Shown here piece by piece: positions 30,398 through 41,316 of a DNA stretch of 64,000 bases. The DNA is from an uncultured Gemmatimonadales bacterium (GTDB lineage: Bacteria > Gemmatimonadota > Gemmatimonadetes > Gemmatimonadales > GWC2-71-9): positions 64,001 to 128,000 of the forward strand of contig CAWGSK010000011.1 in assembly GCA_963825055.1 (NCBI GenBank), in the 5' to 3' direction. The translations under genes were made by a program, and so were the position numbers. The notes below the pieces were generated by a model, which saw only the letters and a program-made list of their open reading frames with translations, ran no database searches and had not been told where the DNA came from. Numbering within the stretch: the stretch's first letter is position 1; the number at the start of each line of letters is the position of its first letter.

Positions 30398-31846
30398 TCA
30401 GCCCACCTGCACGTTGAGCATCATGCCGTCATCCTCGTGCTGGAGGTTATGGCAGTGCAGCAGGAAGAGACCAGCGTAAGTGGTGAAGCGCACGCGCACC
30501 GCGACAGTTTCGCCCGGGAAGATCAGAGCAGTGTCCTTCCACCCGGCCTCGTACGGATAGACGATCCCCCGGCCACCGCCGCGTGACTCAACCTGAAACT
30601 GGGTGCCGTGGAGATGGACCGGATGTGGGATCGTGCTGTCGTTCACGAAGATCCAGCGCTCGGTCCGCCCGAGCGGCACCTGAACGTCCACCCGGTCCAT
30701 GTCGAACGTGAGGCCGTTGATCCGGTGCATGCCCGTGCCCGCAGTCGTGCCGAAGACGAAGGTGCGGTCGACCGCTGGGGCCCCCAGCGGCGCCACGGCC
30801 GATAGCGCCCCCGGCATGGGCGACGGTGGCTCGGACGGGGTAGGGTCGCGTCGAATCTCCAGGAGATCCATCCCGCGGCCCTGGGGGAACGTTGCACTCG
30901 TCGGTGCCCCGGTGCTGAAGGGAAGGGACTGCAACATCATGCTGGTTCCAGGAGGCATGCCGGAGAAGTCCAGCAGAATGTCTGCCCGCTCCCCCACGCC
31001 CAGATACACGTCGCCAACCTCCACCGCTGCAGGCAGCAGGCCGCCGTCGTTGCCGATGACGGTCAGGGGCGCGCCGGTACTGACCGCGAGCCGGTAGACC
31101 CGGGCATGGGAGGCGTTCAGAACGCGCAGGCGATACAGGCCCCCCACGACAGTGAGGGTGGGTGACCGGACCCCGTTACCCCACGCCACATCGCGCAGCA
31201 TGCCTTCCTGGAGATCCATAGAGGTCGGGTGGTAGTCGAAGGCCGAGGAGGGATTCGCGTCACGATCCTGGAGCACCAGCAGGATTTCACGCCCGCCGGC
31301 CGGCAGGTCGAGCGCGGCTTCCTCGTGGTCGCTTATAAGGAAGAATCCCGCGAGCCCGGCCTGCACCTGGGCGGCCGTGCGCTGATGAGGATGAGGGTGG
31401 TACCAGTACGTCCCCGCTCGCTGGACGATGGGAAACGCGTAGTCGAACTGCCCTCCGGAGCCAATGACATGACGGGGATGCCCGTCGGCGGCGCCGGGCA
31501 CGATCAGGCCGTGCCAGTGGATGATAGTCGGCTCCGACAGCCTGTTTGCAAGTCGAATGGTGGCCTGGTCGCCCTGCCGGGCGATCAGGGTCGGACCCGG
31601 CAGGTGATCGTTGTACCGCCAGGTCGAGATGGATGATGACCTGGCGGGGGCGGCCGTCAGCGTCACGCTCCCGATGCCCAGGACCCCAGGCACCGGCAGT
31701 GATGACGGGTCGGTGCCGTCGGGGCCGGCGGCTTTCTCCCCACACCCCGACAACCCTGGCAGGCTCCCCAGAGCGGCCGCCGTGATCGAACCCGTGGCCA
31801 GGCGGACGAACTGGCGCCGGTTGAATCGGAGGCCGGAACGGTCCAT
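30398..31846 (-). CDS. Tat-exported multicopper oxidase (CueO/CotA-like)
   Basis: NRRQFV twin-Arg; IHWHG, YWYHPH, HPVHLHG, HCHNLQHEDDGMM. Confidence 0.92.
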   Translation of the reverse strand: MDRSGLRFNRRQFVRLATGSITAAALGSLPGLSGCGEKAAGPDGTDPSSLPVPGVLGIGSVTLTAAPARSSSISTWRYNDHLPGPTLIARQGDQATIRLANRLSEPTIIHWHGLIVPGAADGHPRHVIGSGGQFDYAFPIVQRAGTYWYHPHPHQRTAAQVQAGLAGFFLISDHEEAALDLPAGGREILLVLQDRDANPSSAFDYHPTSMDLQEGMLRDVAWGNGVRSPTLTVVGGLYRLRVLNASHARVYRLAVSTGAPLTVIGNDGGLLPAAVEVGDVYLGVGERADILLDFSGMPPGTSMMLQSLPFSTGAPTSATFPQGRGMDLLEIRRDPTPSEPPSPMPGALSAVAPLGAPAVDRTFVFGTTAGTGMHRINGLTFDMDRVDVQVPLGRTERWIFVNDSTIPHPVHLHGTQFQVESRGGGRGIVYPYEAGWKDTALIFPGETVAVRVRFTTYAGLFLLHCHNLQHEDDGMMLNVQVG

Positions 31847-32477
31847 CAGTGCACCCGGACCGTGCCGGTCATCGCCGGGTGAATGGCGCAGCGATAGGCA
31901 TAGGATCCGCTCTTAGGGAAGGTCCGGCTTGCGGAGGCATTCTGGAGCGGGGCAATGTCCGCGGGTGACCCGACCGTCGTGAAGTCAACCGAGTGGTGAA
32001 TGGAATCGACCGACCAGGTCACGGTCCCGCCGGCGGCGACATCTGCCGTGCCGGGATTGAACGCAAAGTTCACCGCGGTGACACCGATGGCGGAGGAGGC
32101 AACCCGCACAAGGACTGTCATACTGTCCGTCTTCGTCACGCCGGCGGCCGTCGCGGAGGCGAGGATCCAGGTGGTACCCGCGGCTATTCCGGTGACCAGC
32201 CCCGACCCGTCAACGGCAGCCACGGCAGCGTTGCGGATCTGGAACGTCGGCGTGACCGACATGGGGGCACCGTGCTGGTCCTTCGCCGTGACACTGAGGC
32301 TGACCGTGCTCCCCGGACCAGCCGAATAGATCCCGCTGGAGACGGGGCTCACGGCAATCGACGTCAGGATGGGCAGGTCAGGTTCGGTCCCCCCCCCCCG
32401 GAGTCGCCGCCACCGCAGGCGGCAAGGACGGTCAGGCAGGCGGGAAACAATAGCGAACGGCCGGTCGGGCTGTACAT
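31846..32477 (-). CDS. Ig-like (Big_2) plus plastocyanin-like cupredoxin lipoprotein; frameshift in the C11 run at 32389-32399
   Basis: ATG 32477 after GAGGTG; lipobox LAAC; type-1 Cu ligands HSV...YRCAIHPAM; TGATG overlap with MCO. Confidence 0.8.
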
Positions 32478-32557
32478 GGTTCACCTCAGCGCAGGGAGTG
32501 GGCGGCAAGTCGCCAGGAACGCCACAACTGGGCCGGGCCAACGTTCCGGCGATCCCC

Positions 32558-32600
32558 ACGCTACTTCCGGAGGGATAGACGACGGTTAGTTTCCGGTCAA
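32558..32600 (-). promoter_or_regulatory. SARP-type promoter: three heptamer direct repeats plus -10
   Basis: Minus strand TTGACCG-N4-CTAACCG-N4-CTATCCC-N8-TAGCGT. Confidence 0.55.
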
Positions 32601-32619
32601 TTCACCTGGACATACCGGC

Positions 32620-35521
32620 ATGTACCTCCTGCGTACCCTCGGCGCCTCTGGCCTGTGGCGGATTTCGACCCCCGTCGAGGCCATTAATTCGTACCGAAGT
32701 GCGCTCGCCATCCTGATCATCCTGGCCACCGACGGACCCGTGACCCGGGATCGCCTCATGGCCCTGCTGTGGCCCGAGAGCGACACCGACCGGGCACGGG
32801 GCTCACTGAAGCAGACGCTGCATGTCCTCCGTCGCCAGACGGAGGGACCTCCGGTCGTCCTCGGGCGGTCGACTCTCCACCTGAACACCGACGCACTCAC
32901 CAGCGACGTGGCGTCGTTCCGGGCCGCCTTGGACACGGGAGATCATGCGGCGGCCGTGGCCCGGTACGGGGGCCCCTTCCTTGACGGCACCCACCTCGGC
33001 GCTTCCCGCGAGCTCCAGCAATGGGTGGACAGCCGGCGGGAGGCGCTCTCGTCCGGTTATCGCCAGGCACTCCGGCAGCTCGTGGAAGCCGCCGAGGACA
33101 CCGGCAATGCCGAGGAAGCGGTTCGGCTCTGGCGGCGCATCCAGGCGGAAGACCCGTACGACGATGTGGTATCGCTGCGCCTGATGCGAGCCCTGGCTGC
33201 CGCCGGACAACGCGCCGCGGCGTTGCGGCACTTCGCTGCCTACGAAGTGCTGCTCCGGGAAGAGGTGGGCCTCACACCCTCGACCGGCGTGCTGTCCTTC
33301 GCCGGGCAATTGCGACAGAGGGAAGCGGAGGGAGTGTCCGATTCGCCGCCGGAGCGTCTGCGTCCGCCACCCCCGCCGCCGTGCCAGCAGCAACACCTGG
33401 GAGTCGGCGCCGCTGGCCGGTAGTGGCGGCCGTTCTGGTCACACTCGCCATCGTGCTGGCCGTCGGTCTGAGCGTACGAGACGATGATGCGCCGGTCGCA
33501 GTGGATGCCGACCTCGTGGCGATCGCGCCGTTCGAGACGCCGGATACCACCCTGCTCGTCTGGGGGGAGGGACTGGCCGACATCCTGGGGCAGTCGCTCG
33601 ACGGCGCTGGCCCGCTCCGCACCGTGGCCCCATCCGTCGCGATTCGCCGCTGGGAAGGGAGGGCCGACCGCCCCTCTGCCGACCGACTGGGCCACCGGAC
33701 TGGGGCCGGCATCGTTGTTGTCGGCCAGCTGGTCCGACTTGGCCCTGATTCAGTCCGCGTGCGCGCAACCATCCTGGACCGGACGTCCCGGACGGAGACA
33801 GCTGACATCGAGGTGGCCGGGGAGGAAACCCGGATGGGACAACTGTCCGACTCGCTGACTGTCCATATTCTCCGGGCCTTGGGCCGCCATCGCGCGGTCG
33901 GATCGGTCCAGAACGTCTCGATCACCTCCCGGTCGCTTCCGGCGCTGAAGGCCTTCCTCCGGGGAGAACAGTTCTACCGCCGCGGGGATGCGGATTCCGC
34001 GCTCGCCGAATACGATCGGGCCATTGCCGCGGACAGCACCTTTGCCCTCGCCCTCCGGCGCATGGGATGGCTGATCGGATCCGGCACGCCGTCCTCCGGC
34101 CGATACGAACCGCAGCAGTCGTACATCCGTCGCGCCGTACGGTGGAACCGCGGACTCTCGACCCGCGACAGCGTCCTGCTGACCGGCGACTCCCTCCGGC
34201 TGCACTATCTCGACGCCAGCACGGTCGAGGAATTCATCAGCGGCTACTGGCGGTCAGTCCAGAGCCTGGAGTTGCTGGCAAGACGGTATCCCGAGGATCC
34301 GGCCATCTGGTATGACCTCGCCGAGCGACGCATCCACGCCCCTCCACCACTGGGCGGCTTCGCGGGCCCGGCGCTCGAGGCGTTCGAACGGACGATTGCG
34401 CTCGATTCGGCATTCGCGCCTGCCTACATGCACATACCGCGACTCGCGCTCCAGCTCGGTCGGGACTCGACGGCTGCGGGCTACGCCAGCCGCTACCGGC
34501 GCCAGCACCTTGAGGAATCCTTTGCCCGGCGATCCAGCTTCTCAGTGACATTCTGTCGGCCGGCGGGCTCGACCGCCCCAGCATCCGGGAGGAGGTCCGG
34601 GAGGCGAGCCTGGCCAAGCTGGAGTGGACCGGCGCCGACCACCTCCGCTGGTGGACCGACAGCGGAGAGGCGGCCGTCTCGGTGCTCCGTGAGCTGGTCG
34701 AGGGAAACCACTCGGCCCACGGCGCAGACCAGGAAACGCGGGATCCGCTGCTTCAACGGCAGAGACTGGCCATGCTGCTGGCGTTCCGGGGCCATCTCTC
34801 GGAAGCGGCCACGACGGATGCGCAACTACTGGCGGACGAGGAAGCGTCTTCCTTTTCCGCGGTATTCGACCCGTTCCTGGACCTGGCATTGTTCGGTGTA
34901 ATCGCGGATTCCCAGGCACGGCGAACATTCGCCCGTGCCTGGTCGCCCGATGCGGACTGGGCGGTGGGACGACCGCTTCCGCGCCCCCCTCGCTTCCTGG
35001 CCGGCCTGCCCTGGTGGTATGCCAAAGGCGATACGGTTTCCCTGATCCGGCTGATGGAGCGCGCCATCACCACAGGCGAACGAGGCTCTCCGGTCGCAGT
35101 CCTTCGCGCCAGGTACTACGGGAGCTCCGCGGCGGCCTATCTCGCCCTGCTGCGCGGGGACTCGGCCCGGGCCACGCAGGGCTTCAGCGCCGTCCCCGAT
35201 ACTCTGTGCATCGTTGCAGATTGCCTGCCTGAAAAGATCCTGCTGGCTAAGCTTCTCGACGCGAGGGGCGATCATGACCGGGCCACGGCCCTCCTCGATC
35301 AATGGTTCCAGACTATGGAGGCCCGCCCCCTGATCGTGCTGCTCGCCCTGGAGCGCGGACGGATCGCCGAGCGCCTGGGGGATTCCCACGGCGCAGTGCG
35401 GCACTATCGCTTCGTGCTTGAAGCATGGCAGCGGCCTGACCCGCGGCTGGAAGGATATGTGGCGTTTGCACGTGAGGGGCTGCGCCGGGTCGCCGCCGAA
35501 CGGGACCGGAACGCTCCCTGA
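32620..35521 (+). CDS. SARP/BTAD transcriptional activator with TM, TolB-like and TPR domains; frameshifts near 33380 and 34530
   Basis: VTRDRLMALLWPESD..RARGSLKQTL, YGGPFLDG, LMRALAAAGQRAAAL; VAIAPF; TSRSLPALKAFLRGE. Confidence 0.82.
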
Positions 35522-35703
35522 CCGTGCGGGGCATGAGGGTTGCCGCCGGTGTCGCCCGGCACACCCGCCTCCGGCTGGCAGAGACCTCGCACCCATGGTG
35601 GCGCCCGCGCCTGGGATTTCCCGGACCGCTTGTCCCGCTACTCAATGCAGATTCCGGCCATCCCGCCGGCCATCCCTGCACGATCCCCTGGAGCGGACCG
35701 CCC

Positions 35704-38700
35704 ATGAAACGCGTGACCTTCACCTGCGTCCTGCTGGCGATTGCGTGCACCGCCCTTGCCGGCTGGCAGGCCAGCGCGCAGGCCGTGACTCCCTGCTGCA
35801 CCATCACGCTCCATGTCAGGGTACCGGAGGGCACGGGACCCGTGTACCTGGCCGGCAGCTTACCGTCACTCGGCCCCTGGCGTCCGGACGGGCTCCTGCT
35901 CGACGGCAGGGGGCGAAGCCGCACCGGCCACATGACAGTGCCTCCCGGAACGACGTTCGAGTACAAGTTCACCCTCGGCACATGGGAGCGCGAAGCGCTG
36001 ACACATGCCGGCATCGTTCCGCCGAACCATCGGCTCATGGTCCAGCGTGACACGACCGTGCGCCACGTGATAGAGAACTTCAAGAAGGGACAGGAGGCAT
36101 ACATCGCGGACTGGCAGGGCTCCGGGGTCAAGGGTCGCCTGGTCTACTGGATCGACGTGGCCTCCAGGTTCCTCGGACCCACGCGCAACGTGGAGATCTG
36201 GCTGCCCCCGGGCTACGACACGGATACCACCCGGCGTTACCCTGTGCTTTACATGCACGACGGCCAGAACCTGTTCGATCCACGTATCGCGAATACGGGA
36301 ACTGACTGGGGCGTGGATGAGGCCATCACCCGTCTGGTCGAGCAGGGAACAATCCCGCCGGTAATCGTGGTCGGGGTCTGGAACACCAGCGAACGCCTCC
36401 GTGAGTACTCACCGTGGGACGGTGCCCCGGGCTATGCAAGGTTCCTCATCGAGGAACTGATGCCACGCGTGAACCGGGAGTTCCGCACCCTGACAGGGCC
36501 CGGGCATACGGGGGTCATGGGCTCCTCGCTTGGCGGGCTTCTCTCCTTCTATCTGGTGACCCGTCACCCGGACGTGTTTGGCGCCTGCGGGTGCGAATCC
36601 ACCTCGTTCCAGCTCTCGGAGGCGGTCATCGCGCGGTTCCTTCCGACCGCGGTTTCCAGCTCCCAGCCGGACACGACACCGTACATCATTCGTGACATCG
36701 CGAACGGTTTCCAGGCGCCGCCCGGCATCCGGATGCGTTTCGACTACGGCTCGCTCGAGGATTCGTCCTTCACGCCCGCGCACCAGGCCGTCCGCCGCTG
36801 GCTCCTGGGCCAGGGGCTGGTGGAGGGCCGTGATTTCGTGGTCCGGCAGTACGCGGGCGCCAGGCACAACGAGGCATCATGGCGCGCCCGGCTGGAAGAC
36901 CCGCTCCGGTTCATGTTCGGGGCACCCGGCCGAGATGTGAACCTCGACGTGCCGGCGTGGTCGAAGGACGCCATCTGGTACCAGATCTTCGCCGAGCGCT
37001 TCCGGAACGGTGACACGTCGAACGACCCGACCGCGCACGACATCCAGGGGTTCTCGGGGGACTCCGTGCCGCCGGGATGGGCGGTCACGCCGTGGTCGCA
37101 TGACTGGTACGCGCTCGACCCCTGGGCCCGGCAGGCCGGGATGGATTTCAACGGCGAAATCCAGTTCCGTCGCTACGGCGGCGACCTCCAGGGCGTGCTC
37201 GACAAGCTGGACTACCTCCAGCGCCTTGGCGTCACCGCACTCTACTTCAACCCGCTCAATGACGCCCCCTCGCTTCACAAGTACGACGCCCGGAACTATC
37301 GCCACATCGACCGGAACTTCGGCCCCGACCCGCGGGGTGACGAGGCGCTGATGGCGACGGAACGGCCGGACGACCCCGCCACATGGACGTGGACGGCCGC
37401 CGATACGCTCTTCCTCACCGTCGTGCGGGAAGCGCATCGCCGCGGCATGAAGGTGATCCTGGACTACTCGTGGAATCACACCGGCATCATGTTCTGGGCA
37501 TGGCAGAACATCCTCGACCGGCAGGCTGCGTCGCTGTATGCCAACTGGTACATGGTGGAGCGGTTCGACGACCCCGCGACGCCGGACACGAATGAATTCG
37601 CCTACCGCGGCTGGGCCGGCGTGCCATGGCTTCCGGAGTTGAAGAAGATCGGCCGGCCCGACGGGCTCACGAAGGGCCCGATCCCCGGAAACCTCGTGCC
37701 GGCGGTGAAGCAGCTGATCTTCGATGTGTCGCGGCGCTGGCTGGACCCGGATGGAAACGGCGACCCATCCGACGGCATCGACGGCTTCCGGCTGGATGTC
37801 GCGGAGATGGTACCACTGGGCTTCTGGCGGGACTACCGGCGGTTCGTCCGGAGCATCAATCCCGAGGCATACCTGGTCGGCGAGATCTGGTGGGACCAGT
37901 GGCCGGACACGTACTACGATCCGTCCCCCTGGCTCCAGGGGGACGTCTTCGACGCGGTCATGAACTACCGCTGGTACCTCCCGACCCGTGGGTTCTTCGC
38001 CCGGACCCATCCATCCCTCACCGCCACGCAGTACGCTGCCAGGCTTGATGCCCTGGGCGCCGGTATCGATTCCGCGAGCCAGCGGGCCATGATGAACCTG
38101 ACGGCGAGCCACGACACGCCACGCTTCAGCACCTCCATCTACAACCCCGGCCGGTACAAGGTGCACAACCGGGCCTGGGAAGACTCCACGTATCGCATTG
38201 ACCGGCCCGACGGGCGCACCCGCGAGATTCAACGGATGATCCTGGCCCAGCAGTTCACCTGGATCGGGGCGCCGCACATCTGGAACGGTGACGAGGTGGG
38301 CATGTGGGGCGCGGACGATCCGGACGAACGGAAGCCAATGGTCTGGGCCGACCTCTCCTACGAGAACGAGCGAATGGACCCGCTCGGCCGACCCCGGCGG
38401 CCCGATCGCGTCGCTCCCGACACGGCGCTCTACAACACGTACCGCACCCTGATCGCGCTCCGGAAGGCCAATCTCCCACTCTTCGTTAACGGGAGCGTGT
38501 CCTGGCTCCTCACCGACGACGCCCGGAACCTGCTCGTGTACGCGCGCCAGCTGGACGGCCGCCGGGCGATCGTCGCTTTCAATGCCTCGGACTCTCCGCA
38601 GGACATCACCGTGAAGGCCGGCGGCCGGTTCCGCATGGTCTTCCCCGCGGGCGCCGTCACCTCAACGCAGGGCGGCCAGCTCCGCGCCCGGCTTCCAGCC

Positions 38701-38730
38701 CGATCGGCCAGGGTGTGGATCAACGAATGA
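35704..38730 (+). CDS. Secreted fusion: CBM20 + alpha/beta-hydrolase esterase (PF00756-like) + GH13 (neopullulanase/cyclomaltodextrinase-like)
   Basis: VYLAGSLPSLGPW..FEYKF (CBM20); YPVLYMHDGQNLFD, GSSLGG, HNEASW (esterase); WYQIFAERF, GFRLDV, GEIW, SHDTPR (GH13). Confidence 0.88.
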   Translation: MKRVTFTCVLLAIACTALAGWQASAQAVTPCCTITLHVRVPEGTGPVYLAGSLPSLGPWRPDGLLLDGRGRSRTGHMTVPPGTTFEYKFTLGTWEREALTHAGIVPPNHRLMVQRDTTVRHVIENFKKGQEAYIADWQGSGVKGRLVYWIDVASRFLGPTRNVEIWLPPGYDTDTTRRYPVLYMHDGQNLFDPRIANTGTDWGVDEAITRLVEQGTIPPVIVVGVWNTSERLREYSPWDGAPGYARFLIEELMPRVNREFRTLTGPGHTGVMGSSLGGLLSFYLVTRHPDVFGACGCESTSFQLSEAVIARFLPTAVSSSQPDTTPYIIRDIANGFQAPPGIRMRFDYGSLEDSSFTPAHQAVRRWLLGQGLVEGRDFVVRQYAGARHNEASWRARLEDPLRFMFGAPGRDVNLDVPAWSKDAIWYQIFAERFRNGDTSNDPTAHDIQGFSGDSVPPGWAVTPWSHDWYALDPWARQAGMDFNGEIQFRRYGGDLQGVLDKLDYLQRLGVTALYFNPLNDAPSLHKYDARNYRHIDRNFGPDPRGDEALMATERPDDPATWTWTAADTLFLTVVREAHRRGMKVILDYSWNHTGIMFWAWQNILDRQAASLYANWYMVERFDDPATPDTNEFAYRGWAGVPWLPELKKIGRPDGLTKGPIPGNLVPAVKQLIFDVSRRWLDPDGNGDPSDGIDGFRLDVAEMVPLGFWRDYRRFVRSINPEAYLVGEIWWDQWPDTYYDPSPWLQGDVFDAVMNYRWYLPTRGFFARTHPSLTATQYAARLDALGAGIDSASQRAMMNLTASHDTPRFSTSIYNPGRYKVHNRAWEDSTYRIDRPDGRTREIQRMILAQQFTWIGAPHIWNGDEVGMWGADDPDERKPMVWADLSYENERMDPLGRPRRPDRVAPDTALYNTYRTLIALRKANLPLFVNGSVSWLLTDDARNLLVYARQLDGRRAIVAFNASDSPQDITVKAGGRFRMVFPAGAVTSTQGGQLRARLPARSARVWINE

Positions 38731-41316
38731 CACCCATGAAGCGGCGTGACTTCGTGAAGGGCACGGCCGTGACGGCCGCCCTCTCGGCGCTCCCAGCCCT
38801 GGCGGCTCCCTGGCCGGTTTCCCGTGGCGATGGCCCCACCCGACCCGGGTTCAACCGGGACTGGCGCTTCCACCTCGGCGATGCGCCGGGCGCGGAGCTG
38901 GCCGCCTTTGACGACAGCGCCTGGGGCGCCGCGACCCTCCCGCACACCGCCCGGATCGAGAGCGTGGTCACCGGACCGCCGGGAAGCGGCACGTACCAGT
39001 GGCAGGGCACCTGCTGGTACCGCCGGCACTTCACGCTGGACCGAAAGGATGCCGGCCAGAAGGTGTTCCTGCATTTCGAGGGCGCCATGAACGTGGCGGA
39101 CCTCTGGCTCAACGGGGACCACCTGGGGCGCCACCGGGGAGGCTGGCTCCCGTTCGCTTTCGACATTTCCTCTCGGGTCAGGGCCGGCGACAACGTCCTC
39201 TCGGTGCGGCTCGACAACCGGGACGACCCGGTGACCGGCCCCAAGCCGCTCGACCAGCTGGACTTCAACTCCTATCACGGGATCTACCGGAACGCGCACC
39301 TGGTCCTCAAGGACACGCTGTACATCACCGATCCGATCCTCGCGGACCAGCCTGCGGGCGGCGGGCTCTTCGTCACCTTCCCTGATGTTTCAAAGGACGC
39401 TGCGACCGTGCGGGTGCAGGTGCATGTCCGGAACGACGGCTCCACCGCGCGCCGATTCAGGGTGCGGACGATGCTCCGGCACGATGACCGAGTGGCGGCC
39501 GAGGGCGGCTCCGGCATCGTGGAGCTGGCACCGGGGGAAGACCGGCACGTGGTGCAGGAAGTCCGGGTGAAGTCACCCGCGCTCTGGAGCCCGCGCCGGC
39601 CGGAACTCCATACCGTCCAGGCCGAGGTGGTGGAGGATGGCGCGGTGGTGGACATCGTGACGGCCCGCATCGGGATCCGCCGGATCGAGATGTCTACGGA
39701 GGGATTCCGGGTCAACGGCGAGCCGATGTTCCTCCGCGGCACCAACCGGCACCAGGAGTACCCGTACGTGGGCTACGCGCTGTCCGACGAGGCCCAGTAC
39801 CGTGACGCCAGGAAGATCAAGGAAGCCGGCTTCGACTATATCCGTCTGTCGCACTACGCCCACGCTCCCGCCTTCATGGATGCCTGTGACGAGCTGGGGC
39901 TCGTGGTCATGGACTGCATTCCCGGGTGGCAGTTCTTCAACCGGGAGGACCCTGCTTTTACCCGGCTCCAGTATGCCAACTGTCGCCGGCTCATCCGGCG
40001 GGACCGGAATCATCCCTGTGTGATCCTGTGGGAGGTCTCGCTCAACGAGACGGGCATGCCACCGGAGTTCGTCAGGACCACGCACGCCATCGCGCACGAG
40101 GAATACCCGGGGGACCAGTGTTACACCTGCGGCTGGATGCGGGGGTACGACGTCTTCATCCAGGCCCGCCAGCACGGCGGATGCCGCGACGTCACCGACG
40201 TGCCGTGCGTGGTGAGCGAGTATGGCGACTGGGAATATTATGCCCAGAACGCCGGGCTGAACCAGCAGACATGGGCCGACCTGGCGCCCGACGCGGCCAA
40301 CAGCCGGCAGCTCCGCTGGCACGGGGAGGCCGGGTTGCTCCAGCAGGCCACCAACTTCCAGGAAGCGCACAACGACAACCGGAAGACCATCGCCTTCGCC
40401 GACGGCCTGTGGGTCATGTACGACTACAACCGGGGCTATGCGCCGGACATCGAGTCATCCGGCTGCATGGACCTCTTCAGGATCGCGAAGCCCTCATACC
40501 ACCTCTTCAGGAGCCAGCGCGACCCTGGCGAGCGGTTCGTGACCGCCTCCACGGGCCCGATGGTGTTCATCGCCAGCGACTGGACGCCCGACTCCCCGCG
40601 GGAGGTCCGCGTCTTCAGCAACTGCGAGGAGGTGGTACTGACCCTGAACGGGGCGCGGGTGGATCGGCGGAAGCCCGACACGGACCGGCTCTCGACGGAC
40701 CTGGCCCATCCGCCGTTCACGTTCACCCTCGAACGGTTTACGCCAGGCACGCTGCAGGCGACGGGCTATGTCGGCGAGCGCGCGGTGGCCCGGCATGCCG
40801 TGCGGACGCCGGGAGCGGTGGAGCGGCTGGAACTCGCGCTGGACGAGAACGGACGTCCGTTCGCCCGCGGGGGAAAAGACGTGGCGTTCCTGTACGCGGC
40901 ACTCCGGGACGCGCACGGCACCGTCGTGCCGGGCGCGTGGGAGAACGTCTTCTTCGGGGTGACCGGTCCGGTGGAGCTGGTGGGCGCCAATCCCTTCTCT
41001 TCAGAGGCTGGTATCGCGAGCATCCTGCTGCAGGCACCGGCGGCCGGACCGCGTGCGACGGTGCATGCCCTCGCCATCCTGCGGGACGGGGACCAGGCCC
41101 GCATCCTCCACGGCAGCTTGAGCGTGGGCCGGGGGGGCCGGCCCCGTGGAGATCCGGGTCACCACGGACGGCAGCGCGCCCGGAACCGATTCCGACCTCT
41201 ACCGGGCGCCCTTCGCGGCCCCCGGCCGGGTGCGGGCCGCGCTCCATGCCAGGGGGAAACGGATCGTCGAGGCGGATACGGAAGCTTCCCGGTTCCGTAT
41301 CCCCGGCAGCACCGCC
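38727..41316 (+). CDS. GH2 beta-galactosidase-like, Tat-exported; frameshift near 41140, 3' end runs into junk block
   Basis: MKRRDFVKG; LHFEGAM, RGTNRHQEYPYVG, RLSHY, WEVSLNE, VSEYGDW; tail EIRVTTDGSAP in next frame. Confidence 0.88.

Noticed and set aside
32389..32399. Phase-variable poly-G tract in the cupredoxin gene
   Set aside because: An 11-mer encoding a Gly linker is most simply a homopolymer length error in this error-prone assembly; it cannot be told apart without reads.
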